Below are positions 10,251-20,889 of a DNA stretch of 64,000 bases, one piece after another; within the stretch, counting starts at the first letter, position 1; each line of letters begins with the position of its first letter. Source of the stretch: Thermodesulfovibrionales bacterium. Lineage in GTDB: Bacteria; Nitrospirota; Thermodesulfovibrionia; Thermodesulfovibrionales; SM23-35. Position numbers and translations under genes: made by a program. The stretch spans positions 1 to 64,000 of the forward strand of contig CAVQRT010000003.1 in NCBI GenBank assembly GCA_963715195.1, read 5' to 3'. Under the pieces are notes generated by a model. The model saw only the letters and a list, made by a program, of their open reading frames with translations, did not search any database and was not told where the DNA came from.

Positions 10251-11099
10251 CTATTTCCTAAAAAAGTCTCTTATATTCTTAAAAAACGGGGTATGGACTT
10301 TCACCTTGAGATAAAGATCCCCAGATGCTCCGCCATGACTGCCATCTTTGCCCATGCCTTTCAGTCTTATCTTTTGGCCTTCCTTTATCCCTGGTGGTAC
10401 CTTGATCATGAGGTCACGGGGCTTATCTGGTTTTGCGTAATGATAGCTCACTTTGCCACCGGCTGAGGCAACCTCGGAAGGAATTGTAATCTCGTCTACC
10501 ATATCCTCGCCTCTTTCTGGCAATACCCATCCGTATTTTTTAGCCATATGCCTCTGAAATATCTGTACCCCTTTAAGGAGTATTTTTGACAGGAGCGAAG
10601 GCCGATAGGGAGGTGATCCACTTGTTTGATTCTGGGATGCCTTCAACATGTCCTGGTACGTCTTTGTCATGGGACCAAAAAAGAAAAACCCGCTTCCAGT
10701 AAATCCAGGGCCCTTGAAATCAAAGGTTCTGAATTGCGTCCCGTAAAAGGTGTTACGGCTGAAGATATCCTCTGGCCTGTTAAAACCAAATACCTTGCTC
10801 AGCTCTGCAAAGATTTGATTAATGTCAGAATCTTTGAAGATATCCTGGTCAGTATAGGTTTGTCTGAACCGGTCTCTTGCAAAGAACCCATAATTCTGTC
10901 TGTAGGAATCATATTCTCTCCTCTTTCTTTCGTCTGAGAGGACAGCATATGCCTCGTTGATCTCTTTCATCATCTCTTCTTTACCGGGGTTCTTGTCAGG
11001 GTGATATTGAAAGGCTAACGTGCGATAGGTCTTTTTGATTTCCTCAAAAGAGGCCTCTTGATTGACTCCAAGTACTTTATAGTAATCTCTTTGTTCCAT
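10251..11099 (-). CDS. DnaJ/CbpA-like co-chaperone (no zinc finger)
   Basis: J domain 'DYYKVLGV...YHPDKN' and DnaJ C-terminal domain '[14 protein letters not shown]'. Confidence 0.9.
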   Translation of the reverse strand: MEQRDYYKVLGVNQEASFEEIKKTYRTLAFQYHPDKNPGKEEMMKEINEAYAVLSDERKRREYDSYRQNYGFFARDRFRQTYTDQDIFKDSDINQIFAELSKVFGFNRPEDIFSRNTFYGTQFRTFDFKGPGFTGSGFFFFGPMTKTYQDMLKASQNQTSGSPPYRPSLLSKILLKGVQIFQRHMAKKYGWVLPERGEDMVDEITIPSEVASAGGKVSYHYAKPDKPRDLMIKVPPGIKEGQKIRLKGMGKDGSHGGASGDLYLKVKVHTPFFKNIRDFFRK

Positions 11100-11506
11100 A
11101 ACAGTTTATTATACAAATGATTTTTATTAATCCCAAACCTTATCTGCACAAATAACCCTCACTTGCCTCAAAAGGCCAATATACACTCATTTCGTTACAG
11201 TGTCCTTTTGAGAACCGCACAGTTCATTGGGATGTAGACCGCCGGCTCCAGAGGCATGGCTTCCAGTATTTGTTCCAAAAAGTCTAACTATGGCAGTGGT
11301 ACAATGATACGGGGCAGGTCATACCAATGATCATAAAACTACATCAATCCGCTTCAGGACAATCTAATCCATGCTTTCCCAAAATGGTTCCTGTTTTCCC
11401 CTATCAGGGTCCACTCCAATATTTTGGGAGAGTCGATGACAGGCACACCAGTTATATGCGGTGATTGGTCAGACATTTCTATTGCACTGAAGGGACAGCG
11501 GAGGCA

Positions 11507-13366
11507 TTAGACAGTAATTTCATAAATTGCTCTTTTTCCCTTTTTCTCATGAATCGGTAGATCCACAGTCACTGAGGTGCCTTTTCCACGAACACCTTTA
11601 ATTATACTATTGCCATTCAAGATCTTAGCACGCTCTCTGATTCCCATAAGTCCATATGATTTGGGATGAGTAATCTCTTCTTTTGTAATTCCTCTTCCGT
11701 TATCTTTTACCGTCAGTTGTATCTGCCCCTTTTTCTCTTTTAAACTCACAGAAACTTGCGTTGCTTTTGCATGACGTGCGACGTTAGTAAGTGTCTCCTG
11801 AAAAATACGAAAGATGGCGGTATTTCGATCTCTATCAAGAGCGATGTCCTGAGCATCAAGTGCGACTTTACATTTGATTCCCGTTTGTTTGTGAAATTCT
11901 TCTGCCTGCCATTCAATGGCTGCAGCAAGACCCAAATCATCTAAGACTCCAGGTCTTAAATCAGTAGCAATCCTTTTCATTGTTTCAATAGTTATATCTG
12001 TTATTTTCAGCATTGTATTTGTTCTCTCAATCATTGGTTCTTGACCCTTAGGCAATTTCTTTTTCAACCACGTCAAGTCCATTTTTAAAACGGTCAATGC
12101 TTGTGCAAGTTCATCGTGAATCTCACGAGCTATATTTGTCCTTTCTATCTCTGCCACTTTCTGTATATATGCAGTGAGATTTCGTAGTTGTCGTTCGCTT
12201 TTCCGCAATTCTTCCTCAACTCGTTTTCTTTCGCTAATGTCAGTAAATAATGCAAGTAAATGGGGCTGCTCTTCAAATTGGAAAGGAACAAAGCGACATG
12301 CGAACCAGACTTCTTTCCCAAATGTGCTGACTACATTAATATCCATAGTTTTTTCAGCACCTGTAGCTAATACATTTTTTGCTACTTCTAACATTCCCGA
12401 GCTCTTCCATGATTCGAGATGACGAAAATTCTGCTTGAGTAACCGCTCAACTGTACCTCCGACCATCTTAGCAATAGCCTCATTAGCTGAAACACATTGT
12501 CCTGATGCTTTGAATGTAACGATACCAATCGGTGATGTCCTCAGAATTGTTTTATTAAAGGTAAGTGCATCGGTGATAAGCCTCTCCGCTTTTTTTCGTC
12601 CGGTAATATCTCGAACATGCTGTACTACCCAAACTACTTTAGCAGTGCTATCAAAAACCGGGCTTACTGAGATTTCTTTGTAACTGCCATCTACAGGGTT
12701 ACGATCTTCATAAATCCTCAATTTACCGTCAATAAAGGTTTGTTTTGGTGGACAATACTCACAGGGAGCTTTTAATTCTTTAAAGATTTCATAACAATAA
12801 GGATGGCCAAGACGTTTCTTCTTGGGAATAAATTCGTGTTCTTTCCAGTTACTGTAGACAACGCGTAAGTCTTTATCGATTACTATCAATAAGCCATCGA
12901 GGGCTGCAAATATGCTCGTAAGAAGATTTTCAGTTTTCTTTAGTGATTCTTCTACTCGTTTGCGTTCTGTAATATCCCTTACAACCTCAATGCCTGCTAT
13001 GATCTTTCCCCTTGTATCCTTTAGGGGAGAAGCAGTAATTTCGAAATATCGTGTTCCCTTGTCAGAGTGTAATGTCCTCAGAACTTTGTGAATTGCGCCA
13101 TCCTTGAAAGAGAGAGCTAAATTGCAACCTTCGCACACATTTTCTTTTTTCTGGTAAGCCTTATAGCAGTATTCACCTACATGGTCTCCCAGCATATCTT
13201 TATGGACTTGATTTTCATAAAGAATCTTGAAAGTTCTGTCCTGAACGCTAACAGCATCTCCAATAGCTTCAAGAATTATCTCTGAATTGGCTATTTCCTT
13301 TAATAGTTGTAAAGGCTTGCTTCGAACTTTTTCTTGGTGGGTCCTCGGGTTTTTCTTGTCAGCCAT
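11507..13366 (-). CDS. Cytoplasmic triple-PAS sensor histidine kinase (HisKA_3/NarX-UhpB type)
   Basis: Three PAS/PAC units, 'ERTNIAREIHDELAQ' H-box, 'FRIFQETLTNVARHA', 'VKDNGRG' ATPase. Confidence 0.9.
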   Translation of the reverse strand: MADKKNPRTHQEKVRSKPLQLLKEIANSEIILEAIGDAVSVQDRTFKILYENQVHKDMLGDHVGEYCYKAYQKKENVCEGCNLALSFKDGAIHKVLRTLHSDKGTRYFEITASPLKDTRGKIIAGIEVVRDITERKRVEESLKKTENLLTSIFAALDGLLIVIDKDLRVVYSNWKEHEFIPKKKRLGHPYCYEIFKELKAPCEYCPPKQTFIDGKLRIYEDRNPVDGSYKEISVSPVFDSTAKVVWVVQHVRDITGRKKAERLITDALTFNKTILRTSPIGIVTFKASGQCVSANEAIAKMVGGTVERLLKQNFRHLESWKSSGMLEVAKNVLATGAEKTMDINVVSTFGKEVWFACRFVPFQFEEQPHLLALFTDISERKRVEEELRKSERQLRNLTAYIQKVAEIERTNIAREIHDELAQALTVLKMDLTWLKKKLPKGQEPMIERTNTMLKITDITIETMKRIATDLRPGVLDDLGLAAAIEWQAEEFHKQTGIKCKVALDAQDIALDRDRNTAIFRIFQETLTNVARHAKATQVSVSLKEKKGQIQLTVKDNGRGITKEEITHPKSYGLMGIRERAKILNGNSIIKGVRGKGTSVTVDLPIHEKKGKRAIYEITV

Positions 13367-13544
13367 TTCAATATCTCATTAAGGCTAACTCATTAAAAAA
13401 TATTTGTCGATTTCCGGTTATACTCAGCTCAATTATATCATGGAGGGAAAATGCGCAGCAGGAGGAAGGAACGGATAAACATATCATAAACATTAAACGT
13501 ACAGTAAATAATAGGACATCATTTATCTGAGTTTCACGTATAGT

Positions 13545-13985
13545 TCATGAGCACTTGTCTGTTTTTTTATCTTCAACGTGCAAAGCAAGAACAATACGCC
13601 CCCATCCACCGCATTGCAGCCCTACGTCAAAACAATGCGTTCGATTGAAACGCATCGTATTAGGATCAACCCCCGCATATAGCATTTCACTTACAGTAAA
13701 AATCATCATTAACGCGTTGCTCAAGGCAAACACACAGATTTTTTTCGGACTCCGTTCTGTAAGTAAATTCCCTGCGCCATCGAAATAGAATTTATCACCA
13801 ACCAGGTGTCGACTGTTGCATCCATGAGACTCTACCACTTCAAGGACAATGACCTTATTCATGAGGACAGACGCCTTAGCAAGAACCTCTTCATTGCGAG
13901 GATTTCCCTTGAACATTTGTAGTTCGGTATCCGAGTAACCTAAACGCTTTTGCATAACCTTCCAGATTCTATCGTCAACTTTCAT
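13545..13985 (-). CDS. Conserved Cys-containing hypothetical protein (TIGR04076-like)
   Basis: 'EVVESHGCNSRHLVGDKF', 'ICVFAL', 'CFDVGLQCGGWG'; RBS present. Confidence 0.7.
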   Translation of the reverse strand: MKVDDRIWKVMQKRLGYSDTELQMFKGNPRNEEVLAKASVLMNKVIVLEVVESHGCNSRHLVGDKFYFDGAGNLLTERSPKKICVFALSNALMMIFTVSEMLYAGVDPNTMRFNRTHCFDVGLQCGGWGRIVLALHVEDKKTDKCS

Positions 13986-14206
13986 ATAGTTATCCCCTTT
14001 CTATGTATACTTTTTACAATATTTGGTCAATCATTGCTTATCATAACGTGATTGATACGCTGATTATCAAGTGCATGCAGCACGTTTACCGGGGATCCAA
14101 GATATGTGGCATCCAGGAAAGAATAGGGTGTAAAGTGATGAATATCGTTAAGACAATAAGTAAATACGGAGCTTCACGAAAAAAAATCATTCAAAGTATG
14201 CTGTCT

Positions 14207-14659
14207 CTACCATTCGAATGACAATCCTTCTGTCTTTATCACATACCATTTTGTTTTGTCTTTCTGCAGGGTTAGAATTAAGTGCTTCGGATTCGGGTAA
14301 TCGCCAAATACATATCCCGTATCAGTCCCGACTTCTGCAAGCACTCGCACATCCATTTCGGCAGATGCTGTTTTTTCACGTACTCTTATTTCAAGATTCT
14401 CGCAGTCAACATTGATTTCATTCAACTGCTGAAATATTTTTTTCATATACTCTCTTATATAGAGATATGTGAGCCCGTAATCATCACGATAATTGAAAGA
14501 CACTTTTGACATAACCTGCTCAAGATTCTCTTGCTCAACAGCGTTTATTCCTTCTTTCAACAGCTTTTTGATTCGTGCTTCATCAGAAGGCCACACAAAA
14601 TAAAGAATGACGGGAGTAAGAATCAAGATAAACAGTAATATAATTGTTCTTTTACTCAT
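14207..14659 (-). CDS. Membrane-anchored hypothetical protein (NTF2-like fold possible)
   Basis: N-terminal TM helix; ends with 'LTLQKDKTKWYVIK'. Confidence 0.7.
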   Translation of the reverse strand: MSKRTIILLFILILTPVILYFVWPSDEARIKKLLKEGINAVEQENLEQVMSKVSFNYRDDYGLTYLYIREYMKKIFQQLNEINVDCENLEIRVREKTASAEMDVRVLAEVGTDTGYVFGDYPNPKHLILTLQKDKTKWYVIKTEGLSFEW

Positions 14660-14679
14660 TTTTTATCCTTACGACTTCA

Positions 14680-14889
14680 TTATTCGGCCCATGTGATCAT
14701 CCGGATCATAGAGATCGACAATCGACAGTTTGCCTCACCCGCTGGTGGGAGCCCGATCAACGCGGAAGTAGGCCCATTAACTGGCATGGGTGCGTCATTT
14801 CTCAAGAATATGCCTTCCCTGTTGCCATCATGGTATAATGCGCAACTTGCAAATAAAAATATCAAAAAAATAGCTGGTAGTATTTTCAT
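14680..14889 (-). CDS. Small putative lipoprotein, possibly truncated
   Basis: Signal with FASC lipobox; 69 aa. Confidence 0.4.
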   Translation of the reverse strand: MKILPAIFLIFLFASCALYHDGNREGIFLRNDAPMPVNGPTSALIGLPPAGEANCRLSISMIRMITWAE

Positions 14890-15073
14890 CCTGGCATCAT
14901 AGCAAAGAACTCTGTGAACAACTCTGAATTAGATTAACCTTTCACAAAGTAAATTTGGGACGACTCTCATTATCTCTTTCCCTTAGTTTTCTTGATTCTT
15001 GGTTATACTCAGCACCATTTTATCAGGCTTATAAGAAGAGGAAGATACAAACGATGTTAGCAGCCTGATTTAT

Positions 15074-15361
15074 TTAATGGGTAGGTTCAGAAGTGTCGGT
15101 GGGACTCTCAGAGTCGATTCTCGCAGTTGCGGCTTCTCCCCTGTCGTCTAAGAAATAGAAGTGAATCGGGGCACTCCATCCATTGCCTTCCTTGTGGTCT
15201 ACAAAAACACGAATTTTACCTTCATTCTTTACATCCCACTCATAGCGGGCGGCAACAACACAACCACCCCCGGAAACACCAAAAATATGAATTGGTAAAT
15301 GGAAGTCTCTTTTTATGAGGTCGGTGAGAATATCAATCAATACATCGGTGATATCGTTCAA
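15074..15361 (-). CDS. Hypothetical protein
   Basis: 95-aa ORF downstream of and codirectional with the PilZ gene; TTG start. Confidence 0.5.
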   Translation of the reverse strand: MNDITDVLIDILTDLIKRDFHLPIHIFGVSGGGCVVAARYEWDVKNEGKIRVFVDHKEGNGWSAPIHFYFLDDRGEAATARIDSESPTDTSEPTH

Positions 15362-15385
15362 GTCTGGTCTTTCTTGATTTGAGGA

Positions 15386-15715
15386 TTATCCGTCGAGTGC
15401 TTCAGTATCCGTATTTCCTTGAGAATAAAGACCTGGGTCGACGATGGGACGCTTTATGTACTCTAATCCGATATTGTAAGAGTCGTTGCTAATTTTTTGT
15501 CCCCATCTGACGATAGCCTTCTTTGATGAGGATACTGCAAGGTTAATCACAACAATTTCCTGCCCCTCCACAAGAGGTTGGGTTGCTATAAGGCAGATAC
15601 CGGAACTGCTGTAATTCCTTATTATCCCCCTTGAAGTGCGGAAAGTGTCCGGTGAGGAAGAATATTGAACACCCGCCATCAGGTCATTTCTTTGGTGTCT
15701 TCTCCTCTCGATCAT
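15386..15715 (-). CDS. PilZ domain protein
   Basis: RxxxR (ERRRHQR) and N/DxSxxG (NYSSSG) c-di-GMP motifs; GGAGG RBS. Confidence 0.85.
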   Translation of the reverse strand: MIERRRHQRNDLMAGVQYSSSPDTFRTSRGIIRNYSSSGICLIATQPLVEGQEIVVINLAVSSSKKAIVRWGQKISNDSYNIGLEYIKRPIVDPGLYSQGNTDTEALDG

Positions 15716-16368
15716 TGCTCCTCCGTTTGATTTGCAGTTTACCTTGCAGGAAGAAGAGGGTCTTTGTCAATATCCCCTGATATATGTGACCTCTTATCAT
15801 TTTAATTATTGCATGAATTTATGGAGGATGCATAACGCTGCCCCCATCCCCCAGCGAATATGAGAAGCTGATCTAGATCATTTTTTACCACAGATAAGGT
15901 TGCAGATCCAAAGAATTTAGAATTGGAAAGTTATGTTACCGAGCCTTGAGTTCGGGTTATAATCTGCATCATTTTCGTTCATGAATGAGGTGTGATGGAG
16001 GAAGGACTGTTGCGTTCGGATGTTTTACTTAACTGATTTTACATGCTTTTTCTGAGTACAGATAATCAATCATTTTTCTTTTGTGATAATATTGTGCAAT
16101 CTCAAAGCATAAAGTGATTTTATTTCCCCATGGAGGAAAGCAGCTTCCACAGTTAAGTAGCCTGTAATCGAATAACAGGTCTCTTCTTATCCGCTTTTGG
16201 AGCGCTCTCATCCTCTCATGGAGATCGACAAGGTGCTTTACCACATTTTGTAATCTTCCCCACTAAACGTTTCAAGATGTTCTGTTCGGGCGAGGGTAAC
16301 CCGAAATTGCACTTCATGCAAATCAATCGGGTTCAATCTCCGCTCTTTTTTGCTGTCAAGTTAGTGCC

Positions 16369-17061
16369 ATGGATATTGATTCTGCTGCTAAGTACATAAA
16401 CAAGATGCTGAAAGAGAAACGACCTGACATGTTCAATAGTTCCTGGGTGCGGAAAAATGCTCCTCATATTTATCGTTTCATTCAGAAAAACATCAGGACG
16501 GAAAACGGCGACATGGATTGGGATAGCTTTACCATTCTGTTAGATCGTAAGTTTCAAAAACGCTGGATCGCACCCCGACGCAAAAGAGCAAAGACATATC
16601 GGAATAAAACGGAGGTTGACATTGTTCTCAAAAAATACCATAACAAACTCTACACCTTCATCACTCCGGCGGACAAGAACGATAGACATATACGGGATGT
16701 CATCAGTATTACGCTCGTAAGAATTGCTCAGAAAGGCAATGTAACAGCCAAACGAGAAATTATTAGATTGCTCGGCTTCACTATAGATGACTGGATCGAG
16801 CGCAATCCAAAAATTTCTCGTTGGAGAGGGTATGATCAATTAATCCGGAAGCGCATTGAGGACTGTATACGTTGCTACCGCTATTCGGGAACTTTTATAG
16901 GATACTTATTCAAGACACTTGAATATGCGGGGAGGGGATTGAGGCCAATACATGCTTATTCCCTGGACGATTCTCTATATTCAGGAGAAAAAAGGAGAAT
17001 TGACAGCATTGGACAGAACCCTGAGACCGGAGAACTATCGTTTTTTTGGCAGAAACATTGA
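16369..17061 (+). CDS. Hypothetical protein with a sigma-70 region-2-like segment
   Basis: 230-aa basic ORF; 'LVRIAQKGNVTAKREII' and 'CIRCYRYSGTFIGYL...SLDD' resemble sigma regions 1.2-2/3. Confidence 0.65.
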   Translation: MDIDSAAKYINKMLKEKRPDMFNSSWVRKNAPHIYRFIQKNIRTENGDMDWDSFTILLDRKFQKRWIAPRRKRAKTYRNKTEVDIVLKKYHNKLYTFITPADKNDRHIRDVISITLVRIAQKGNVTAKREIIRLLGFTIDDWIERNPKISRWRGYDQLIRKRIEDCIRCYRYSGTFIGYLFKTLEYAGRGLRPIHAYSLDDSLYSGEKRRIDSIGQNPETGELSFFWQKH

Positions 17062-17484
17062 CGCACTGTAATGGGGAGTCCCGATTAAGATCGAAGATAT
17101 CAAAAAGAAATGATCCTTTTTTACCGACGGATCTTGAATGCATCAGGGATCTTCCAGCAGTCACTTTTATAGAATAGCCAGTAGCAGTTCTCTCCAAAAT
17201 AGTCGGCCATCTCATCTGCTCAAATTCCCTTTGAGCTTGATATTTCTTCTTGGGAGATCTTTTCCGGTGACCGTGCAAACATGGCTATGAGGAACATTGA
17301 ACATGGAATGCAAATTTTCAAGTCTGACCTTATGTGAATCTAAAAGAAAAAAGACCGGAGCGACACGAGTTACCCTTCGGTTTTGGAAATATATCTGAAT
17401 CTTTGCAATTTTGAAATTTTGCTATTGTCAATTGTCGCGCAATTTTATATACTGCTGTAATTAAAATTTTCATAGGAGGGAAAC

Positions 17485-17757
17485 ATGACAAAAGCGGATC
17501 TGATCGAAAAGATGGCAGCTGCATCGGGTTGTACCAAGGCCTGCGCTGGTAAGGCGCTTGACGGAGCTATTGACGCAATCACCAAGACCTTGAAAAAGGG
17601 AAACAAGGTTGCGCTCGTCGGTTTCGGCACATTCTCCGTCGGAAAGAGAAAGGCAAGGACAGGAAGAAATCCTCAGACAGGCGCAGCAATTAAGATTCCC
17701 GCAAGAAAAGTCCCGAAGTTCAGCGCGGGCAAGACGCTGAAGGATGCAGTAAAATAA
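17485..17757 (+). CDS. hup: DNA-binding protein HU (copy 1)
   Basis: '[24 protein letters not shown]' signature; strong RBS. Confidence 0.95.
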   Translation: MTKADLIEKMAAASGCTKACAGKALDGAIDAITKTLKKGNKVALVGFGTFSVGKRKARTGRNPQTGAAIKIPARKVPKFSAGKTLKDAVK

Positions 17758-17775
17758 GCAGTTCATAAAAATCAC

Positions 17776-17811
17776 AAAAATGCCTCACCGTTTCCGGATT
17801 GAGGCATTTTT
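17776..17811 (+). terminator. Putative intrinsic terminator
   Basis: AAAAATGCCTCA-n12-TGAGGCATTTTT. Confidence 0.7.
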
Positions 17812-17993
17812 GTTTGTATACAAACAGAGTGAGGGAGATCTTCTGGTTATTACAGAAACAATTTCTCTCAGTACCAAAGGGCGTTGCTGCAATTATCTCC
17901 CATACGAGAAGCGTCATGCGTCTAAAAAGCCAGGGGGTGCTTCACCGTAATGAAGGGGAATAGTTGCAATGCCAGTGCGGAACATGATCCAAT

Positions 17994-19115
17994 TCACCGA
18001 ACCGGCGCATAGCCTCCCCGAATCCCTTCCTTGGACAACACAATCTGCCACACCTGCAGACAACGTGCCCGAAAGGTACCGGCGGAGCTCAGAAGGTAAT
18101 ACTTCCACATCCGGTAAAAACGCTCATCATAGCGTTCACGAAGTTCGTGCCAATGCGTGTCGAAATTCGTGAACCATGCCATTAAGGTTGGATCGTAGTA
18201 TGGACCCAAATTGTGCAAATCCTCGATGACAAAGAGCTTTTCTGCCGATTCGCTGATCTGCTTCATCGATGGAATCATCGAGTTCGGGAAAATATATTTG
18301 CCAAACCACGGATCGACACAAATCCTCGAGTCATTATTGCCGATGGTATGCAGCAGAAAAAGTCCGCCGCTTCTCAGGCACCGATGCACAACCTCCATAT
18401 ATATCCGGTAATTTTTATAACAGACATGCTCGAACATGCCGATGGATACAATATTATCGAATACTTCATTCAACTCACGATAATCCTGATACCGAATTTC
18501 TACGGGAAGACCGGCACAGGATTCCCGTGCGAGTGCGGCCTGTTGTTTCGAAACTGTTATGCCTACCACCCGCACCCCGTAGCACTTCGCAGCGTATCTG
18601 GCAAAGCCCCCCCAGCCGCACCCGATGTCGAGCAAACGATCTCCGGGACAAAGCCCCAGTTTTCTGCAGGCCAGGTCCATCTTTGCTTCCTGCGCCTCAT
18701 CGAGATTCGGGGCGTCTTTCCAATAGCCGCAGCTGTACATCATATGCCTGTCGAGCATTCTCCGAAAGAGCTGATTGCCAAGATCATAATGCCTCTCACC
18801 GACGGCAAACGCCCTCGAACTGCTTGCACGGTTGGTAACGAGCGCTTTCAGGGTGCCGAACCGGAGTTTTATATTTTTCCTGACAACCTCTTCGGGCCGC
18901 AACGGCATCAGCCTGCAGAAGAACTCATCGAGGCGGTCGCATTCCCACCACCCATCCATGAAAGATTCCCCCAAACCGACGCTCCCATCCCTGAGAACCC
19001 TTTTAAAAAACTGCCCGTTCCGAATGCGAATATCCCAGGGATTGGGACCGTCGATGACGATTCCAGCGGGATGAAGAATCTTTTGGATAATCCGCTCAAG
19101 TTCCAGGACATCCAT
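17994..19115 (-). CDS. cfa: Cyclopropane-fatty-acyl-phospholipid synthase
   Basis: 'HYDLGNQLF', 'LDIGCGWGG', 'VSIGMFEHV', 'FYRMWKYYL'. Confidence 0.95.
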   Translation of the reverse strand: MDVLELERIIQKILHPAGIVIDGPNPWDIRIRNGQFFKRVLRDGSVGLGESFMDGWWECDRLDEFFCRLMPLRPEEVVRKNIKLRFGTLKALVTNRASSSRAFAVGERHYDLGNQLFRRMLDRHMMYSCGYWKDAPNLDEAQEAKMDLACRKLGLCPGDRLLDIGCGWGGFARYAAKCYGVRVVGITVSKQQAALARESCAGLPVEIRYQDYRELNEVFDNIVSIGMFEHVCYKNYRIYMEVVHRCLRSGGLFLLHTIGNNDSRICVDPWFGKYIFPNSMIPSMKQISESAEKLFVIEDLHNLGPYYDPTLMAWFTNFDTHWHELRERYDERFYRMWKYYLLSSAGTFRARCLQVWQIVLSKEGIRGGYAPVR

Positions 19116-19397
19116 AATCCGCTCGCTATGTATGGAAAGATATCTCTATCTTAGCAACTTCACCGGGAAATGCAAGTCCCGGCGAAAGACTGTGCTGTCC
19201 CCCAAGCAAGGATACTATTTCTTATAGAGACACGGTATCTCAGACGCTTCGATTCGATCATGCGTTGCATAGCAGGGGATTGATGAGTTAAACTATGTAC
19301 TTAAAATATTTTGCGCCTGACAAGCAATCATAGTCTTTGATGTGCTTGAACGAGTCGAAGGGCTTTGGGATCCTTTTTTTAACGTTCTGCTCAAAAA

Positions 19398-19862
19398 TTG
19401 ATGAAGATCAACCTTGGCATAATTACAGCTGTTCTGCTTGTCGTGCTGTGCAATCCTGCCCTGAGCCGGGGAGAGTTCATGCTGCCGATTCCCGGGAAAA
19501 TACAATATTCGGTTGCTTCATGGTACGGCCATGATTTCCACGGCAGACAAACAGCCTCAGGACAGTTATTCAATATGCACGCACTCACCTGTGCGCATAA
19601 ATCCTATCCCTTTGGTACCTGGTTGAGGATTACCAATATTCTGAACAATAAGTCGACGTTCTGTGTTGTGAATGACAGGGGACCCTTCGAAGCCGCCAGG
19701 GATCTGGATTTATCGTTTGCTGCAGCTAAAGTAATCGACATGATATCGCTCGGGATATGCTCTGTCAGGATTGAATATATGGGAACTGACTCCACCTATA
19801 TGAAAGCACTGAAATACTTTTTTCATGCCCCGCCGTTCATAAAATCGCTTCAACAGCAATGA
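19398..19862 (+). CDS. rlpA: Septal ring lytic transglycosylase RlpA family
   Basis: 'ASWYG..FHGRQTASG..FNM.ALTCAH', 'VNDRGPF...DLDLS'. Confidence 0.85.
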   Translation: MMKINLGIITAVLLVVLCNPALSRGEFMLPIPGKIQYSVASWYGHDFHGRQTASGQLFNMHALTCAHKSYPFGTWLRITNILNNKSTFCVVNDRGPFEAARDLDLSFAAAKVIDMISLGICSVRIEYMGTDSTYMKALKYFFHAPPFIKSLQQQ

Positions 19863-19923
19863 ACGGTGCTTTCGAGGAAATACATTTATTTGCCCTCGAT
19901 CATTGGCATCGAGGTATTGGGAA

Positions 19924-20598
19924 TCAGGTATCACAATACATCCACTGGTTTTCCATCGTTTTGTAATTCGATAATTCCCTTTTCAGGCTTTGAACCTCTT
20001 CCTGCAGTTCCGAAATTTCCAGTTCCCTGTTTCCGGGCAGTTCCGATGCAGTATCAAGTTTCTGCACCATAATGGTAAGTTCATCAACCATGGTCCGGTA
20101 TCTCTTTTCAGAACGGCTTAATTGTCTCACCCTCATTGCCCGGGAAAGTATCGGCAGGAGCATCTGAAATTTGAATGGTTTCAGCAGATAATCAAAAGCG
20201 CCCGCTTTCATGGCCTCAACAGCCGTTTGGGCAGAGCCATAACCCGTCATGATGATGCCTATAATACCAGGGTCTATTTCCATGGCCGCTTTCAATACCT
20301 CAATACCGTCCATTTCCGGCATGGCCAGGTCTGTGATGAGCAGGTCGAAGCTATGTGTTCGCAATAAATCCAAAGCCTTCCGCGCCGAAAGAGCACTCAT
20401 GACCGTAAATCCGCTTTCCTCCAGAAAATTGTGCAAAACGCCCACCATATCAATATCATCATCAATAATCAAAACTCTTCCTGGCTGTGCATCAACCCTG
20501 CCCGAGGGCCAGCTTTGCTTATCTATTATTTGCGTCATTAATGCTGTTGATCTGTCATGCATCATTGCATTCATCCCTTTGAGTTCATTCTCCGGCAT
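19924..20598 (-). CDS. Response regulator (receiver plus short coiled-coil tail); start uncertain (ORF open to 20715)
   Basis: 'VLIIDDD', 'DLLITDLAMP', 'AFDYLLKPF'. Confidence 0.85.
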   Translation of the reverse strand: MPENELKGMNAMMHDRSTALMTQIIDKQSWPSGRVDAQPGRVLIIDDDIDMVGVLHNFLEESGFTVMSALSARKALDLLRTHSFDLLITDLAMPEMDGIEVLKAAMEIDPGIIGIIMTGYGSAQTAVEAMKAGAFDYLLKPFKFQMLLPILSRAMRVRQLSRSEKRYRTMVDELTIMVQKLDTASELPGNRELEISELQEEVQSLKRELSNYKTMENQWMYCDT

Positions 20599-20889
20599 TT
20601 CTGTTTCAGAGTCAATCCTACGAAAGTAGGGGCAAATCATACCCTGTTTGATGGACCAGGAATCAGCGGTTATCAATACTTTAGTATGGATTTTGAATAA
20701 AACCATCATGCACATCTTTTAAAACCAATTGTTGATTGACAAAGATGGATTTTTCAGGTAAACAAAGAGGGTACTGATGATTTCCGTTTGCCTCCCATCT
20801 TTTTTTCTGACTTTGCATACAGCTATGTTCCGTTACATCAGGAGATGAGGAGTCAGGGATCCATATATAAATAAAAAAAAGGAGAAATT

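Noticed and set aside
11150..11500. Possible pseudogene or missing response regulator downstream of the kinase
   Set aside because: No recognisable protein motif in the frames read
13545..13560. Possible Sec read-through at the TGA ending the Cys-rich ORF
   Set aside because: Downstream sequence is AT-rich and non-coding-like, with no evident SECIS hairpin
16029..16260. Possible remnant of a restriction-modification enzyme C-terminus (VKHLVDLHERM)
   Set aside because: Too short and generic to support
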